From IMG/VR virus record IMGVR_UViG_3300021963_000084, positions 18,460-82,459 of that record: a stretch of 64,000 bases of DNA, one strand, 5' to 3'. A model generated the notes under the pieces. The model saw only the letters and a program-made list of their open reading frames with translations, was not told the origin of the DNA and searched no databases. The stretch's first letter is position 1; each line of letters begins with the position of its first letter. The position numbers and the translations under genes are program-made. This document shows, in pieces, positions 43,901-52,440 of the stretch. This stretch comes from a virus.

Positions 43901-45047
43901 TGAATATGATGGTCAAAATCTGAATTGTGTAAGAAGATCTGCAACTGGTCAGTTAGGTGGTTTTGTAAGTGTAGCATTCAACAGCAATATTGTAACTGGT
44001 ACTAACACTAGATTTACTAAGCAACTTTCACCTGGACACTCAATCGTCATTCGTGGACAAACCTACAAGGTTGGTTCGGTTGTAAGTGATACTCAAATCA
44101 ACATCACTCCTGCATACAGAGGTGTTGCTGGTAGCAGAATCGTTATGACGAAAGTTGAAGAAGTCAGAGTTCCTCAATCACAGTGGAATATTGATAAGTG
44201 TGATGGAACAGGAATTAATGGATTCCACCTGAATATTCACAGAATGCAGATGGCATACATTGATTACTCCTGGTATGGTGCTGGTAAGGTACGTTTCGGA
44301 TTTAAGGATACTGATGGTCGTGTATTCTACTGCCACGAGTTTGTACATAACAACAAGAAAGTTGAAGCATACCTCCGTTCTGGTAACCTTCCCGCTCGTT
44401 ATGAAATTGAAAATGGTATTAACCCAACCTACTCACCATCGCTCTATCACTGGGGTGCTTCGGTAATTATGGATGGCGTATTTGAGGATGACAAGGCATA
44501 CCTGTTCACCGCTGCTTCAGGTTCCGCTGGTTCTGACATTATTACAGTTCCTCAGTCTCTCGCAGGAACAGTTGTTCCAATTCTTTCACTGAGATTAGCA
44601 CCTGCTGTTGATAGTTCTCTCTCTGGTTCACTTGGAAGCAGAGACTTAATCAACCGAATGACTGTTAAACCTAACTCTTGCGGTCTGGTTATTACTAACG
44701 CAGCAAGCAGAGCTGCTTCGGTTCGTCTGATTCTCAATGGCAACCTTTCACAATCTGCTTATTTTAGCGGTTATGGTTCACCATCACTGTGTCAAGTAAT
44801 TAAGCACACTGGTCAGGCACAAGATACTATCACTGGCGGTACGATTGTATTTGAATTCCGTGCTGCTGCTGGCGCTCCTATCACTCAGGACCTAGGACAG
44901 CTGATTGAACTTGGTAACTCGATTATGGGCGGTGACTTTGTATATCCAAACGGTCCAGATATTCTGACTCTGGCAATCGTTCCTACTGATACTGGTGCAG
45001 TAACAACCGTCACTGCACGTCTCACCTGGACTGAATCGCAGGCATAA
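34956..45047 (+). CDS. Giant fibre/adhesin-like virion protein, 3363 aa
   Basis: Many H(G/N/R)L..G..I beta modules, five ~65-aa TGSISGTTL repeats, one CBM5/12-like motif, and a C-terminal core shared with 48504-49778. Confidence 0.8.
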   Translation: MAKQLSYYYTFTPGTNTVVVSGNVNRKRLLLITNTTRNVIIYNMTQPSLGASSITYNDATNETTVVLTYNCGAAGMLSTDVLQIFSEQDAVTFQPADWLVDPVSKLRVSQPNTLIDTDFEYGLQSTKWESLERVNNIPSFYSSTNDTPLSNITSVTTNGGKEVTVTTSSAHGLTTGTPIDIRGLNSITAEGTYLIRKTTDYQFTFEVSAVQGGTPSIPISILTPYTNVIVGRFYVNSSLNLDNSTTNEDGPIATDSVSPSSTLTATTSYDHGFVANAPFYITNSLGNTSVNFDPAAFSIGGNIEDRTAFDFDTGFFNPYEPVHDGCTLRRIPATQLDNRSTTAVVTGSISGTTLNVSGVTSGTLVIGQTITGAGVSPNTVITALGTGSGGTGSYTVNITQTVSAGTTLTAAFPTSGFITIPNHGLVTGDAICYIGTTGSQSPQIAAVTAGYFQVSSGNIPTYNNGPTTPGQSTDLSSWMYAVVIDKDTIRVATNPKDAYDRTNLIVFTSFGDSPNNDLFFGLMAKRGFEIQSSILNVQTIAGSSEVKVNLVSGATCRSVGIYPEMQVTLSDTGVSAMDGVYVVKENPVTVNFANEIFQENDTHFIMEGPTNASAALVTQAATATYTLSATAAATNVFLTQNLLERTVTPASIVTVSGSTVTISGVSNLGDGASPYRVGSTVRFTALGGVITGATAYTDYYITAATAIVNGVSTLTLSSTHPTVANTALTLATTATTIATCTGSISGTTLTVSVAPTGGTLQIGQVITGTGIAPGTTIVGFGTGNGSNTGTYYVSISQTVSSTSITASVFLKVYTSGIRTQIHAGALSWMNHTRMSIHDWGSITAKMFTRECISNSGSQIFLKNHGLLNGQPLMYVGGGNGWAINSGTPFFFQESANQSPIYFVETVDRDNIRIWTSEPDGVVGAYGGYTNNASSISGNQQVTLSPTGSPSVLPVTHAGGVYQLHPGFVVANFTSVANTQGQGRDKAVGLFQRVPAWMTENAPVIIKTNVGASLPVSDTRQVPGGWPSTGPAIFQSTPSTWGTSAANNTVQFAKYFARGIQENYSGETTFTGTIAGTTLTVTAVPVNSVIPIQVGMELTGTGVSAGTVIIAGPTAGGTGTYTVNITQSVSSTTIRGVTRAEYTQSGRAEFAFSIAPNGQPINFITTSAVPGTSTATAPARFFCTRVVDNPYANTFFLPFHGGTVGRRTTYVTGAFNTSTPVGSQETESILPIATGFPRPAFDYITDRNNIRWPRTNLVLNHGAAQGTTTFTGFDFNGTDYANVVSNNTRYQMVPLTNDIFRIAQVGTRLPTGSPTIQFTLNQSQTQRQNLQTVANVGTRATNAAGGPFGVTQVKFLTSATTRIPNANANRIIVPIQRLTFLENDLVRYDTNGGSEVNSLFGGLNGLQNGSVYSIKNVSLKTPIGTGLSTSRNFSSTATVLEFDTANTAIYTASIAGNVMTVTAVSTGVLQVGELVTGTGVAANTIITAFGTGTGGIGTYSVSGPAQTVSSTTMQGVSSVRVEEGDILQIGSPDGAAEQVLVGAAARFTGSISGTTLTVSGVTSGTLALNQTLTGTGVTPGTAIVAFGSGSGGAGTYTVNISQTVTAGTVMAASSGSNSITVTRGFAGTTPQAIPEAAPIFKIFGSFQLYSQNLLTPRNFTILAASVNATTFIFTQTDHRLNTGDPIVYISGGATDPFTGAGLAANTIVFAIVIDANTFRIAPTKEAAYSDFFITTTSTNTNFLTVVDTIPLKSFVNQSDFDHKLLNVSSTGSIDGPYTAQSVTSRTLRLKPTNNSALTINPRELVFNPAKTVNLKTGQFYYGGHGFSQGTRVIYSRNGNRFEIGRQKQLVFEISQINRTNNVATITFTAPHGLTVGQTYQAQYLNVTTAGQDSFDITNAPVFAVSATQVSYATGQNGQSAVSTQSGTGTMALWGTQHPMQGFNCLYDIDLSTVTAPVGNGTTVTYTIAHNTVQEPFAVGDTVNVTGVLVGGSTNNGYNGTFKVVSSTSTTITVTNNTTGGSPSVPATGCSIRGVYFVVRESFDIFRLARTKALAHAGVGIQNFSCQGSNFVAPVQFAISNISRSANVATVTTAAAHNLVVNQTYNASIIEITTAGFLSFAASNVYITVTGANTFTYANAGTNVGSTAVTGTLTISGINEVGHKLISFQVSGETLGNGTATVIARDAILTDPTTLANSVRPATDRISFGIVSHGFVTGDRITYRIWGNGSVILGLTDGANYFINNTVNPNTTGPLSRGGVESGQTATQFSLHNTWVGAYTNTDIVDILGGGTGALHQFKVSNPTLRGTTFKGEWSSGDNYAYGDVVTYRGEYFMSVSGATAPGQTTFVANTGRTPVETSGAYNNAWQQVPNLPAYSSRFLAQYKGGDTVLLSNTVPTRTVPFAASVTTPSQTTGVFSVANHRLATGDGVIYRTNNLGGQNSNGSSLQSIYASGIPQRPQAGNSVVWNNDKILADNIYYVNVLDESNFTLHLSLAGALSGNSFVGNINQPTGFAITNFTRAQINNIWTNTITATSHGLVVGARYLGSVDCATGPADPSTFDAYNVVLTVTDANTLTYPSTTSGAVGSIAGTGTLRLIDATDLVIPGSAFTGTGVHRLEKLEGVVYQPTVISVNSDNEMVITDPLPSRQIVFNPQGSFVNQAGTTQPIVNLVTGDIYLPNHGITTGTKLYYSSGFQIGTRLGNTPVAAGIYFAIKINDDIIRLGASTTADAANALANLSAALRGQAFVPSSTGSGFNHYLIVAAPAGSTNIRYNTSGDLINDTTGAAAANIGPANSNYYSNQVSANLRDGVLQGVNFLYPTQVYTRANCVNVHRPFDGGVELQAAKAPQVMITRQTRKYFRYQSGKGLQYSTGINFSPSLDVSYITHDGSTYATIVTRKAHNLVAGNRIMVENVEVTSGVATPYTNPSNNLYFTVFDVIDEFTFRYATNGVPADLAPSGFPDLFVYEWSGASVRAGMFDDQNGMYFEYDGQNLNCVRRSATGQLGGFVSVAFNSNIVTGTNTRFTKQLSPGHSIVIRGQTYKVGSVVSDTQINITPAYRGVAGSRIVMTKVEEVRVPQSQWNIDKCDGTGINGFHLNIHRMQMAYIDYSWYGAGKVRFGFKDTDGRVFYCHEFVHNNKKVEAYLRSGNLPARYEIENGINPTYSPSLYHWGASVIMDGVFEDDKAYLFTAASGSAGSDIITVPQSLAGTVVPILSLRLAPAVDSSLSGSLGSRDLINRMTVKPNSCGLVITNAASRAASVRLILNGNLSQSAYFSGYGSPSLCQVIKHTGQAQDTITGGTIVFEFRAAAGAPITQDLGQLIELGNSIMGGDFVYPNGPDILTLAIVPTDTGAVTTVTARLTWTESQA

Positions 45048-45069
45048 TTCTCTCAAACATAAGATACAG

Positions 45070-45095
45070 AGAGGGGGGCAACCCCCTCTTTTTTT
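45070..45095 (+). terminator. Rho-independent terminator with GCAA (GNRA) loop
   Basis: AGAGGGGG-GCAA-CCCCCTCT followed by a T-run. Confidence 0.9.
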
Positions 45096-45102
45096 ATAAA
45101 TA
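45095..45102 (+). promoter_or_regulatory. Late promoter TATAAATA fused to the terminator T-tract
   Basis: Exact consensus upstream of gp13. Confidence 0.85.
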
Positions 45103-45125
45103 ACTTTATAGGAATATTATAACTA

Positions 45126-45920
45126 ATGGCAAGACCCGCTTCTAGGCAGCAATTAATAGACTATTGTTTGCGTAAACTAGGATTTCCTGTACTTGAAATT
45201 AACGTAGATGACGACCAAATTGAAGATGCAATTGATGATGCAATTCAATTTTTTCAAGAACGTCATTTTGACGGTAGCATTCGCACCATTTTAAAATTAA
45301 GAATTACACCAGAAATAGTATCATCTGCGAAAACCAATACTACAGTATCAGGAACTACATACTTAGAACAAAATAATTACATCACAATTCCAGACCATAT
45401 CCTTGGAATCACTCAAGTTTATGCTCAGGACAACAGTGTATCTTCAGTATCAGGAAATATTTTTAGTATCAAATATCAGTTATTTTTAAATGATTTCTAT
45501 AACTTCGGTTCAATGGAAATCCTTAATTACTATATGATTAAGAGTTATCTTGAAACTCTTGACTGGGTTATCTCAAACTTTAAACCTATTCGTTTTAATA
45601 AAAGAGAAAATAAACTTTGGTTAGATACTGATTTCGACCAACTTACATCAGGTAATTATCTATTAATTGATTGTTATAGAATGCTTGACCCAACACAAAG
45701 CACTGAAGTATGGAATGATGTTTGGATGAAGAAGTATGCCACAGCACTCATCAAACGTCAATGGGGTCAGAACTTAATCAAGTTCAGAAATGTCTCTCTG
45801 CCTGGAGGAATTACATTAAATGGCAGAGAAATTTATGAAGATGCAGAAGCAGAAATTGAAAAGATTATGGCAGAATTCCAACTGGCAGCAGAACTTCCAC
45901 CTCTGGATATGATTGGATAA
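45126..45920 (+). CDS. gp13: Neck protein gp13
   Basis: MARPASRQQLIDYCLRKLG.PVLEINVDDDQ; KRQWGQNLIKF..V.LPGG.TLNG. Confidence 0.95.
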   Translation: MARPASRQQLIDYCLRKLGFPVLEINVDDDQIEDAIDDAIQFFQERHFDGSIRTILKLRITPEIVSSAKTNTTVSGTTYLEQNNYITIPDHILGITQVYAQDNSVSSVSGNIFSIKYQLFLNDFYNFGSMEILNYYMIKSYLETLDWVISNFKPIRFNKRENKLWLDTDFDQLTSGNYLLIDCYRMLDPTQSTEVWNDVWMKKYATALIKRQWGQNLIKFRNVSLPGGITLNGREIYEDAEAEIEKIMAEFQLAAELPPLDMIG

Positions 45921-47020
45921 TGACACGAAATCTTTACTTCACTCAAGGAACAAAGGGTGAACAAAATTTAATACACGACTTGATTGAAGAACAAATCAAG
46001 ATGTATGGCATTGAAGTATTTTATATTCCAAGAAAAGTTTATGAAGATAAACTTTGGAATGATATTTACTATTCACAGTACAGAGATAGTTATCTCATTG
46101 AAATGTATCTGGAGAATTTTGAGAACTTTGGCGGCAAAGGAGATATGCTTTCCAAGTTTGGATTGCGTGTTACTGATGAAATATCTTTAACTGTATCACG
46201 CCGTAGATGGAAAGATTTTGTTGATTTAGCGACAAATAAAATTGTTGCAGGTAGACCTAATGATGGTGATTTAATTTTCTTTCCATTGAATAATACAGTA
46301 TTTGAAATCAAGTATGTAGAAAATCAGAAACCTTTCTACCAACTAAATAGCTTATACGTCTATACAATGACGTGTGAGATTTTTGAATATGGCGACAGCA
46401 TATTTGAAACTGGAAACCAGAAGATTGATAATCTTGAACAAGAATCTGGAGTATTCCCCATCTATCTTTATAGTGGTGGAACAGGTAATTTTAGTCCTGA
46501 TGAAACAGTAGTTGGTACAAGATTTACTGCTACTGCCTCTGGTACATTAGTTGGTAGTTATCTTGGAACTATTATTGTTACAAATCCTGGTGCTGGGTAT
46601 GTTACTCCGCCATCGGTAGCAATATATGACGCTCAAGGTAACTTTGTTGACAATGGTTCTTGCACAATTTCTGGAGGATTAGTTACATCAGTAACTGGTC
46701 CAAATGCAGTTTATACTTTCTCTGGTGTTCCTAGAATTGTTATTGGTTCTTCACCCAAAAACTATACTGCTAAAGCAGCAGAATGGAATCCAACAGCAAT
46801 CGTTCTTGACGTTGCTTACAGCACTGGAAACTTTGCTCCGAATGAACAAATCATCGGTCAAACATCTGGTGCTAAGTGGAGAGTTAGAGAATATGATACT
46901 CTTGATATGACTGATAGTTATTCAGAAAATAGAGTAATTGAAAATAATGGAGATTTAATTATTGACTTTACTGAAAGCAATCCTTTCGGTGAATTCGGAG
47001 ACATTCAAGGTAGCTTCTAA
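45920..47020 (+). CDS. gp14: Neck protein gp14 with C-terminal beta insertions
   Basis: EQIKMYG..YIPR, LSKFGL, RPNDGDLIFFP, DFTESNPFG. Confidence 0.93.
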   Translation: MTRNLYFTQGTKGEQNLIHDLIEEQIKMYGIEVFYIPRKVYEDKLWNDIYYSQYRDSYLIEMYLENFENFGGKGDMLSKFGLRVTDEISLTVSRRRWKDFVDLATNKIVAGRPNDGDLIFFPLNNTVFEIKYVENQKPFYQLNSLYVYTMTCEIFEYGDSIFETGNQKIDNLEQESGVFPIYLYSGGTGNFSPDETVVGTRFTATASGTLVGSYLGTIIVTNPGAGYVTPPSVAIYDAQGNFVDNGSCTISGGLVTSVTGPNAVYTFSGVPRIVIGSSPKNYTAKAAEWNPTAIVLDVAYSTGNFAPNEQIIGQTSGAKWRVREYDTLDMTDSYSENRVIENNGDLIIDFTESNPFGEFGDIQGSF

Positions 47021-47826
47021 TGTTAGGAACTTATTTTTATCACAAAATTATTCGTAAAACAGTTACCACATTTGGTACGCTGTTTAATAATATTCAACTT
47101 AATACATTTGATGAGCAAGGAAACTTTGTAAAACAAGAAAAGGTTCCTTTGGCATATGGACCTGCTCAAAAGTTTTTAGCAAGATTGCAGCAGGCACCAG
47201 ACTTAGATAGAAAATTTACCATCACAATTCCAAGAATGTCATTTGAAATGACAGGAATTTCTTATGATGGTAGTAGAAAAGTTCCCCCTACACAATTAAA
47301 TAGAGCACTTTCTGATAACAGTGGTTCTACTAACAGAAAGCAGTATATGCCAGTTCCTTATAATGTAGAATTTGAATTAACAGTTATTGCAAAAACTCAG
47401 GATGATGGTCTTCAGATTGTGGAGCAAATCTTACCATTCTTTCAACCACAATTTACAGTCACGATTAATCTTATTCCTGAGATGGAAGAAAGTCGTGATG
47501 TTCCCATCATTTTAAACAGCGTTGATTATAATGATGATTATGAAGGTGATTATAGTACAAGAAGATATATAACTTGGACACTTCGTTTTACTGCAAAAAC
47601 TTATCTGTACGGTCCCGTCACTGCTGGCAATATTATCAAAAAATCTATCGCTAATATCAACATTGGTGATAAGGTTACTAATGCCAGAGTTCTTAAGTAT
47701 CAAGTTCAACCAGAAGCAATTACTGATCAGGATGGAGATAATGATGTAGATGCTGTCGATACAGCACTACTTACAGCAGAAGATGATTTTGGATTTAATG
47801 AGGGTATAACATACTATGGACCATAA
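47020..47826 (+). CDS. gp15: Tail sheath stabilizer/terminator gp15
   Basis: YFYHKIIRK..FGTLFNNI, VPLAYGP.QKFLARL, QIVEQILPFFQP. Confidence 0.95.
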   Translation: MLGTYFYHKIIRKTVTTFGTLFNNIQLNTFDEQGNFVKQEKVPLAYGPAQKFLARLQQAPDLDRKFTITIPRMSFEMTGISYDGSRKVPPTQLNRALSDNSGSTNRKQYMPVPYNVEFELTVIAKTQDDGLQIVEQILPFFQPQFTVTINLIPEMEESRDVPIILNSVDYNDDYEGDYSTRRYITWTLRFTAKTYLYGPVTAGNIIKKSIANINIGDKVTNARVLKYQVQPEAITDQDGDNDVDAVDTALLTAEDDFGFNEGITYYGP

Positions 47827-48238
47827 ATTTCAAGAAAATATGGAAGATCTTTTTGATATTGAACCTGTGGAAACTGAAGTAGTTTCCACTAAACCTCCTG
47901 TTCAGAATGAAGAGGATATTGATGCTGACTATAAGTATGCTCGTACAGAACTTTATGAATTAATTCAGAAAGGTCAAGTTGCAATTGATGAACTGATTGA
48001 AGTTGCTCGTAGTAGCAATCATCCTAGAGCATATGAAGTTGCTTTTCAGGGTATTAAAAATGTTGCTGACATCACTGATAAGTTAGCAGACCTTCAAAAG
48101 AAAATGAAGGATATTAAAACTGAAGATAAAAAATCTCCCACTACTGTTAATAATACTATGTTTGTTGGTTCCACTGCTGACCTTGCAAAGATGCTTAAGA
48201 ACGCATCAAAAAACCTAAATAATCAAAAAGGCAAATAA
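47816..48238 (+). CDS. gp16: Terminase small subunit gp16
   Basis: DYKYAR, HPRAYEV, NNTMFVGSTADL. Confidence 0.93.
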   Translation: MDHKFQENMEDLFDIEPVETEVVSTKPPVQNEEDIDADYKYARTELYELIQKGQVAIDELIEVARSSNHPRAYEVAFQGIKNVADITDKLADLQKKMKDIKTEDKKSPTTVNNTMFVGSTADLAKMLKNASKNLNNQKGK

Positions 48239-48240
48239 AA

Positions 48241-48501
48241 ATGAGAATCAGATTACTCGGAAGCGAGGCAGCACTATCTACAAGTAGCGGCAACACTTTT
48301 GGAAATGCAACATTAGTAAGATTAGTTAATCCCACTGGTTCTGGTGTTGTAGTAACTCTCAATGAATCTGATGATTCTACTGCTGTGGGTACATTTACTA
48401 TTCCTGCTGGTCAATCAGAATTGCTTGAAAAAGAACCAGAACAAAGAGTTCGTGCCGCAAGCACCAGTGTTCTTGGAGTTAAAGTAGGTTATACTCACTA
48501 A
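48241..48501 (+). CDS. Small beta-rich hypothetical (possible virion) protein, 86 aa
   Basis: ATLVRLVN...GTFTIPAG..LLEK...KVGYT; tight packing after gp16. Confidence 0.7.
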   Translation: MRIRLLGSEAALSTSSGNTFGNATLVRLVNPTGSGVVVTLNESDDSTAVGTFTIPAGQSELLEKEPEQRVRAASTSVLGVKVGYTH

Positions 48502-48503
48502 TC

Positions 48504-49778
48504 ATGGCACAGTATAGTAAGCATTATAACGATTATCTAGAGCAACAAAAGACCAACTTTGAAGTTGTGATGCTTGCCGATAACTACGGCAACATCAACG
48601 CTGGAACTGGTGGTACGGCAACTGATGCTTTTGGCAGAAGTAGAGTTGCAGATCCAGTAACATTATTTGATAGTCAGCATCGTTACGAAGAAAATTATCA
48701 TTGGAATACTGCTTTAACTGGTGCTGCTAATAAGCAATATAATATTCATGAAAGTTCTATATCGCTTGTAGTATCTGGTGCTCTCAATGACAAAGTAGTT
48801 AGAGAAACCAAAAGAGTATTTCCATATCAACCAGGAAAGTCTCTGCTGATTATGAATTCATTTGCTTTCAATCCTCAACTTTCTGGTCTTCGTCAGAGAA
48901 TTGGATACTTTGGTACAGATAACGGTATCTATTTTGAGAATGATGGAACAGGAAACTATCTTGTTCTTCGTAGAAAACTCACATCTGGTGCTGCTACTGA
49001 AGTAAGAGTAGCACAGGCAAATTGGAATACCGATAAGTTTGATGGAGCTGGTCCAACATTAAGAACGCTTGATATCTCAAAAGCAAATATCTTCTGGTTA
49101 GATATTGAGTGGTTAGGTGTTGGTGATGTTCGCTGTGGATTTGTTGTTGATGGAAGAATGGCAATCGCCCATACTTTCCATAACGATAATGTCAATCCAT
49201 CTGCTTATATGACCACTGCTATTCTACCACTAAGATTGGAGATTGAAAATACTGCTGCCACTGGCGTGTCTTCAACGATGAAGCAGATTTGTAACACAGT
49301 TATTTCCGAAGGTGGTTACGAGAAGAAAGTAAGAAAATCTCATGTAAGTAGAGATAGTAATATCGCTGCTTCAACATCGGCACTAACTCCTATAATCTCA
49401 TTCAGGTTGAACTCGGCATATAAAGATGCCGTGATTCTCCCAGAATCATTCCACGTATTTTCTAGCGTACAAGGAAATTTTGAAATTGTTGTTGTTCGTG
49501 GTGGTACATTAAATAATAATACTTGGGTCACTCAAGGAAAAGTTGATTACAATACTGCTGCAACAACTATTTCTGGAGGTACAAACACAACTCATTTTTA
49601 TCTTTCAACTACACAACAATCTGGTGGAGTTGGAGCTGGTGAAGATGGATATAACTGGGACACTCAACTCACTAGAGATTTAAATGGTACGACAGAAATT
49701 GTTACTCTTACTGCTAGATCTTTAGATGCTACTGATAAAAATATTCGTGGATCAATCTCATACTACGATCTGACATGA
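48504..49778 (+). CDS. Virion structural protein, 424 aa; compact paralogue of the 3363-aa giant
   Basis: DAFGRSRV..P.TLFD, RETKRVFPYQPGKS, NGIYFENDG, DIEWLGVGDVRCGF. Confidence 0.75.
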   Translation: MAQYSKHYNDYLEQQKTNFEVVMLADNYGNINAGTGGTATDAFGRSRVADPVTLFDSQHRYEENYHWNTALTGAANKQYNIHESSISLVVSGALNDKVVRETKRVFPYQPGKSLLIMNSFAFNPQLSGLRQRIGYFGTDNGIYFENDGTGNYLVLRRKLTSGAATEVRVAQANWNTDKFDGAGPTLRTLDISKANIFWLDIEWLGVGDVRCGFVVDGRMAIAHTFHNDNVNPSAYMTTAILPLRLEIENTAATGVSSTMKQICNTVISEGGYEKKVRKSHVSRDSNIAASTSALTPIISFRLNSAYKDAVILPESFHVFSSVQGNFEIVVVRGGTLNNNTWVTQGKVDYNTAATTISGGTNTTHFYLSTTQQSGGVGAGEDGYNWDTQLTRDLNGTTEIVTLTARSLDATDKNIRGSISYYDLT

Positions 49779-50533
49779 AAAAGAAAGTACCTACCGAAAA
49801 AGAAATCGCACAGAAGCACGGTGTATCTGTTGATTATGTTGTGCGTCAAGCGGAGGTTGGTTCAACTGTAGAACGTGAGCACGTTACTACACACGAAGAA
49901 GCTTATGGTATTGCTCTGCAGCATATTGATGAGTTCCCAGATTATTACAAGCATCTTTTAGATATGGAAAAGAAACTTAAGAAAGAATGGAGGAACGGAA
50001 AAATGAAAAACGTCCAAGAAAATCATATCGATGTAGCGATGGGTAGAGAACTTGATGATGAAGGTTCAATGATTATGAATCAACTTGATGAACTTGAGCA
50101 CTATTGCGACATGCTTCGTCAAGTTGTTACAAGTCCAACTATGCAAGTTCCTGCATGGGTTCAATCTAAAATTACATTAGCAACAGATTATCTTAACTCT
50201 GCTGCGATGTATATGTCAAGTAAAAATGAAGAGGTTCAACCTGAACTAAATAAACTATCCTTTAAGGAGTTTATCGAACTTGACGAGGGGGCTGCCTGGA
50301 CAAAAAAGTCTGGTAAGAGTTCCAGTGGGGGACTCAATGAGAAAGGAAGAAAATCTTACGAAAGAGAGAATCCTGGAAGCGACCTTAAAGCACCTTCAAA
50401 GAAGGTTGGAAATCCCCGCAGGGCATCATTCTGCGCTAGAATGAAAGGAATGAAAAAGAAACTTACATCAAAGAAAACTGCGAGAGACCCTGATTCAAGA
50501 ATCAATAAATCATTAAGAGCTTGGAACTGTTAG
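49775..50533 (+). CDS. Three-module hypothetical protein (DUF5661-like N-terminus, DUF6321-like basic C-terminus); possible internal head protein
   Basis: G..VE.EH....A..IALQH..E.PDYY; EGSM...L....PAWVQSKIT.A.DY; GGLNEKGR...RRASFCARM..SRINKSLRAWNC. Confidence 0.7.
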   Translation: MKKKVPTEKEIAQKHGVSVDYVVRQAEVGSTVEREHVTTHEEAYGIALQHIDEFPDYYKHLLDMEKKLKKEWRNGKMKNVQENHIDVAMGRELDDEGSMIMNQLDELEHYCDMLRQVVTSPTMQVPAWVQSKITLATDYLNSAAMYMSSKNEEVQPELNKLSFKEFIELDEGAAWTKKSGKSSSGGLNEKGRKSYERENPGSDLKAPSKKVGNPRRASFCARMKGMKKKLTSKKTARDPDSRINKSLRAWNC

Positions 50534-50534
50534 T

Positions 50535-50705
50535 ATGATTTATACTATTGAAAATATTACTGATGAAGATATCACTGTTACTTTAAGTGGTGATACTAAT
50601 TATCAACTTCTGAATATACCTGCAAGATCTTCTATACCAGTACAAATACCAGAAGGATATAAAATATTTGGAGATTTAATGGCGTTTAATGTAACTAAAC
50701 ATTGA
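50535..50705 (+). CDS. Small hypothetical protein, 56 aa (below the ORF-track cutoff)
   Basis: MIYTIENITDEDITVTLSGDTNYQLLNIPARSSIPVQIPEGYKIFGDLMAFNVTKH*; fills the gap between 50533 and gp17 almost exactly. Confidence 0.6.
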   Translation: MIYTIENITDEDITVTLSGDTNYQLLNIPARSSIPVQIPEGYKIFGDLMAFNVTKH

Positions 50706-50714
50706 TAAAATAAT

Positions 50715-52385
50715 ATGTCTCAAAATCAAGTATATAAAGGTTCGCCAAACCTTAAAGCAGCGAATGTGCAAATTCAATTTACTCCCGAGCAAATCGAGGA
50801 GTGGTTGAAGTGTAAGGATGATCCTGTATATTTTACCAAACATTATATCAAAATCGTTTCTCTTGATGAAGGTCTAGTCCCCTTTGAAATGTGGGACTTT
50901 CAAGAAGAAATGATTCGTAGGTTTCACGAGAATCGTTTTAATATTGCAAAATTACCTAGACAGACAGGAAAATCCACCACAGTGGTCTCCTACCTTCTGC
51001 ACTATGCTTTGTTTAATGATAACGTAAACATAGGTATTCTTGCAAACAAACTGTCAACGTCCAGAGAACTGCTTGGCAGACTGCAGTTGGCATATGAGAA
51101 TCTTCCAAAGTGGATGCAGCAAGGTATCATTTCTTGGAACAAAGGTTCACTAGAACTTGAGAATGGTTCCAAGATTATGGCAGCATCAACCTCCAGTTCT
51201 GCTGTGCGAGGAATGTCATTCAACATTATTTTCTTGGACGAATTTGCGTTCGTCCCAACTCATATTGCAGAACAGTTTTTCAGTTCAGTATATCCTACTA
51301 TCTCGTCTGGTAAATCTACTAAAGTTATTATCATCTCTACACCGAACGGGATGAATATGTTCTACAAGCTTTGGCATGATGCCGAACGTGGAAAGAACGA
51401 ATATATTACTACAGAAGTTCACTGGTCTCAAGTTCCTGGCAGAGATGCGAAATGGAAGGAGCAAACCATTGCAAACACTTCGCAGAGACAGTTCACTCAA
51501 GAGTTTGAATGCGAATTCTTGGGATCGGTCGATACACTGATTGCTGCAAGTAAATTGCGTACAATGGTTTATGAAGACCCCCTAAAGGATAATGGTAAAG
51601 GATTAGTAGTTTATGAAGAACCTCAAAAGGACCACGATTATATTGTTACTGTTGACGTTGCTCGTGGTGTTGGAAACGATTACTCTGCGTTTCTGGTTTT
51701 CGACATTACAAAGTTTCCTTATAAATTAGTAGCAAGATATAAGAATAATGAAATCAAACCAATACTTTTTCCTAATGTTATCGTAGAACTTGCAAGGTCT
51801 TATAATAGAGCATACATTTTAACAGAGGTGAATGATATTGGTGATCAAGTTGCTGGAATGATTCACTTTGATCTTGAATATGATCACGTACTTATGTGTG
51901 CGATGAGAGGTCGTGCAGGTCAGATTGTAGGCACAGGTTTTTCTGGAAAGAAAACTCAGTTGGGTGTAAAGATGTCCAAGACCGTGAAGAAGGTCGGATG
52001 CCTCAACTTAAAAACATTTATTGAAGATGATAAACTTGTCATTCCAGACTACGATACAATCGCAGAACTGACAACATTTATTCAAAAAAACAATTCATTT
52101 GAGGCAGAAGAAGGTTGTCACGATGACCTTGCAATGTGTTTGGTAATCTTCTGCTGGTTAGCGGTTCAAGATTATTTCAAAGAAATGACGGATAATGATG
52201 TTCGCCAAAGAATCTATGAAGAACAGAAAAATCAGATTGAACAAGATATGTCACCGTTTGGATTTATCTCTGATGGCATCAATGATGAAGAGAAAAGTTT
52301 TGTTGACGTAGATGGAGACCGCTGGTATCTAGATGAATACGGTGATGTAGCAAGCGAATTCACTTATATGGGAACCTACCTCTGA
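50715..52385 (+). CDS. gp17: Terminase large subunit gp17
   Basis: Walker A PRQTGKST, Walker B IIFLDEFAF, nuclease DVARG..DYS and HDDL. Confidence 0.97.
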   Translation: MSQNQVYKGSPNLKAANVQIQFTPEQIEEWLKCKDDPVYFTKHYIKIVSLDEGLVPFEMWDFQEEMIRRFHENRFNIAKLPRQTGKSTTVVSYLLHYALFNDNVNIGILANKLSTSRELLGRLQLAYENLPKWMQQGIISWNKGSLELENGSKIMAASTSSSAVRGMSFNIIFLDEFAFVPTHIAEQFFSSVYPTISSGKSTKVIIISTPNGMNMFYKLWHDAERGKNEYITTEVHWSQVPGRDAKWKEQTIANTSQRQFTQEFECEFLGSVDTLIAASKLRTMVYEDPLKDNGKGLVVYEEPQKDHDYIVTVDVARGVGNDYSAFLVFDITKFPYKLVARYKNNEIKPILFPNVIVELARSYNRAYILTEVNDIGDQVAGMIHFDLEYDHVLMCAMRGRAGQIVGTGFSGKKTQLGVKMSKTVKKVGCLNLKTFIEDDKLVIPDYDTIAELTTFIQKNNSFEAEEGCHDDLAMCLVIFCWLAVQDYFKEMTDNDVRQRIYEEQKNQIEQDMSPFGFISDGINDEEKSFVDVDGDRWYLDEYGDVASEFTYMGTYL

Positions 52386-52397
52386 AATAGAGTAATT

Positions 52398-52405
52398 TAT
52401 AAATA
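52398..52405 (+). promoter_or_regulatory. Late promoter TATAAATA
   Basis: Exact consensus upstream of gp18. Confidence 0.85.
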
Positions 52406-52440
52406 AGTTTAGAATCAAATCTGAACTTTAGGGGTAAAAG

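Noticed and set aside
34715-45047. Diversity-generating retroelement suggested by the Mtd-N-like domain
   Set aside because: No reverse transcriptase and no template/variable repeat pair with A-specific mismatches seen. Mtd-N is only an anchor domain.
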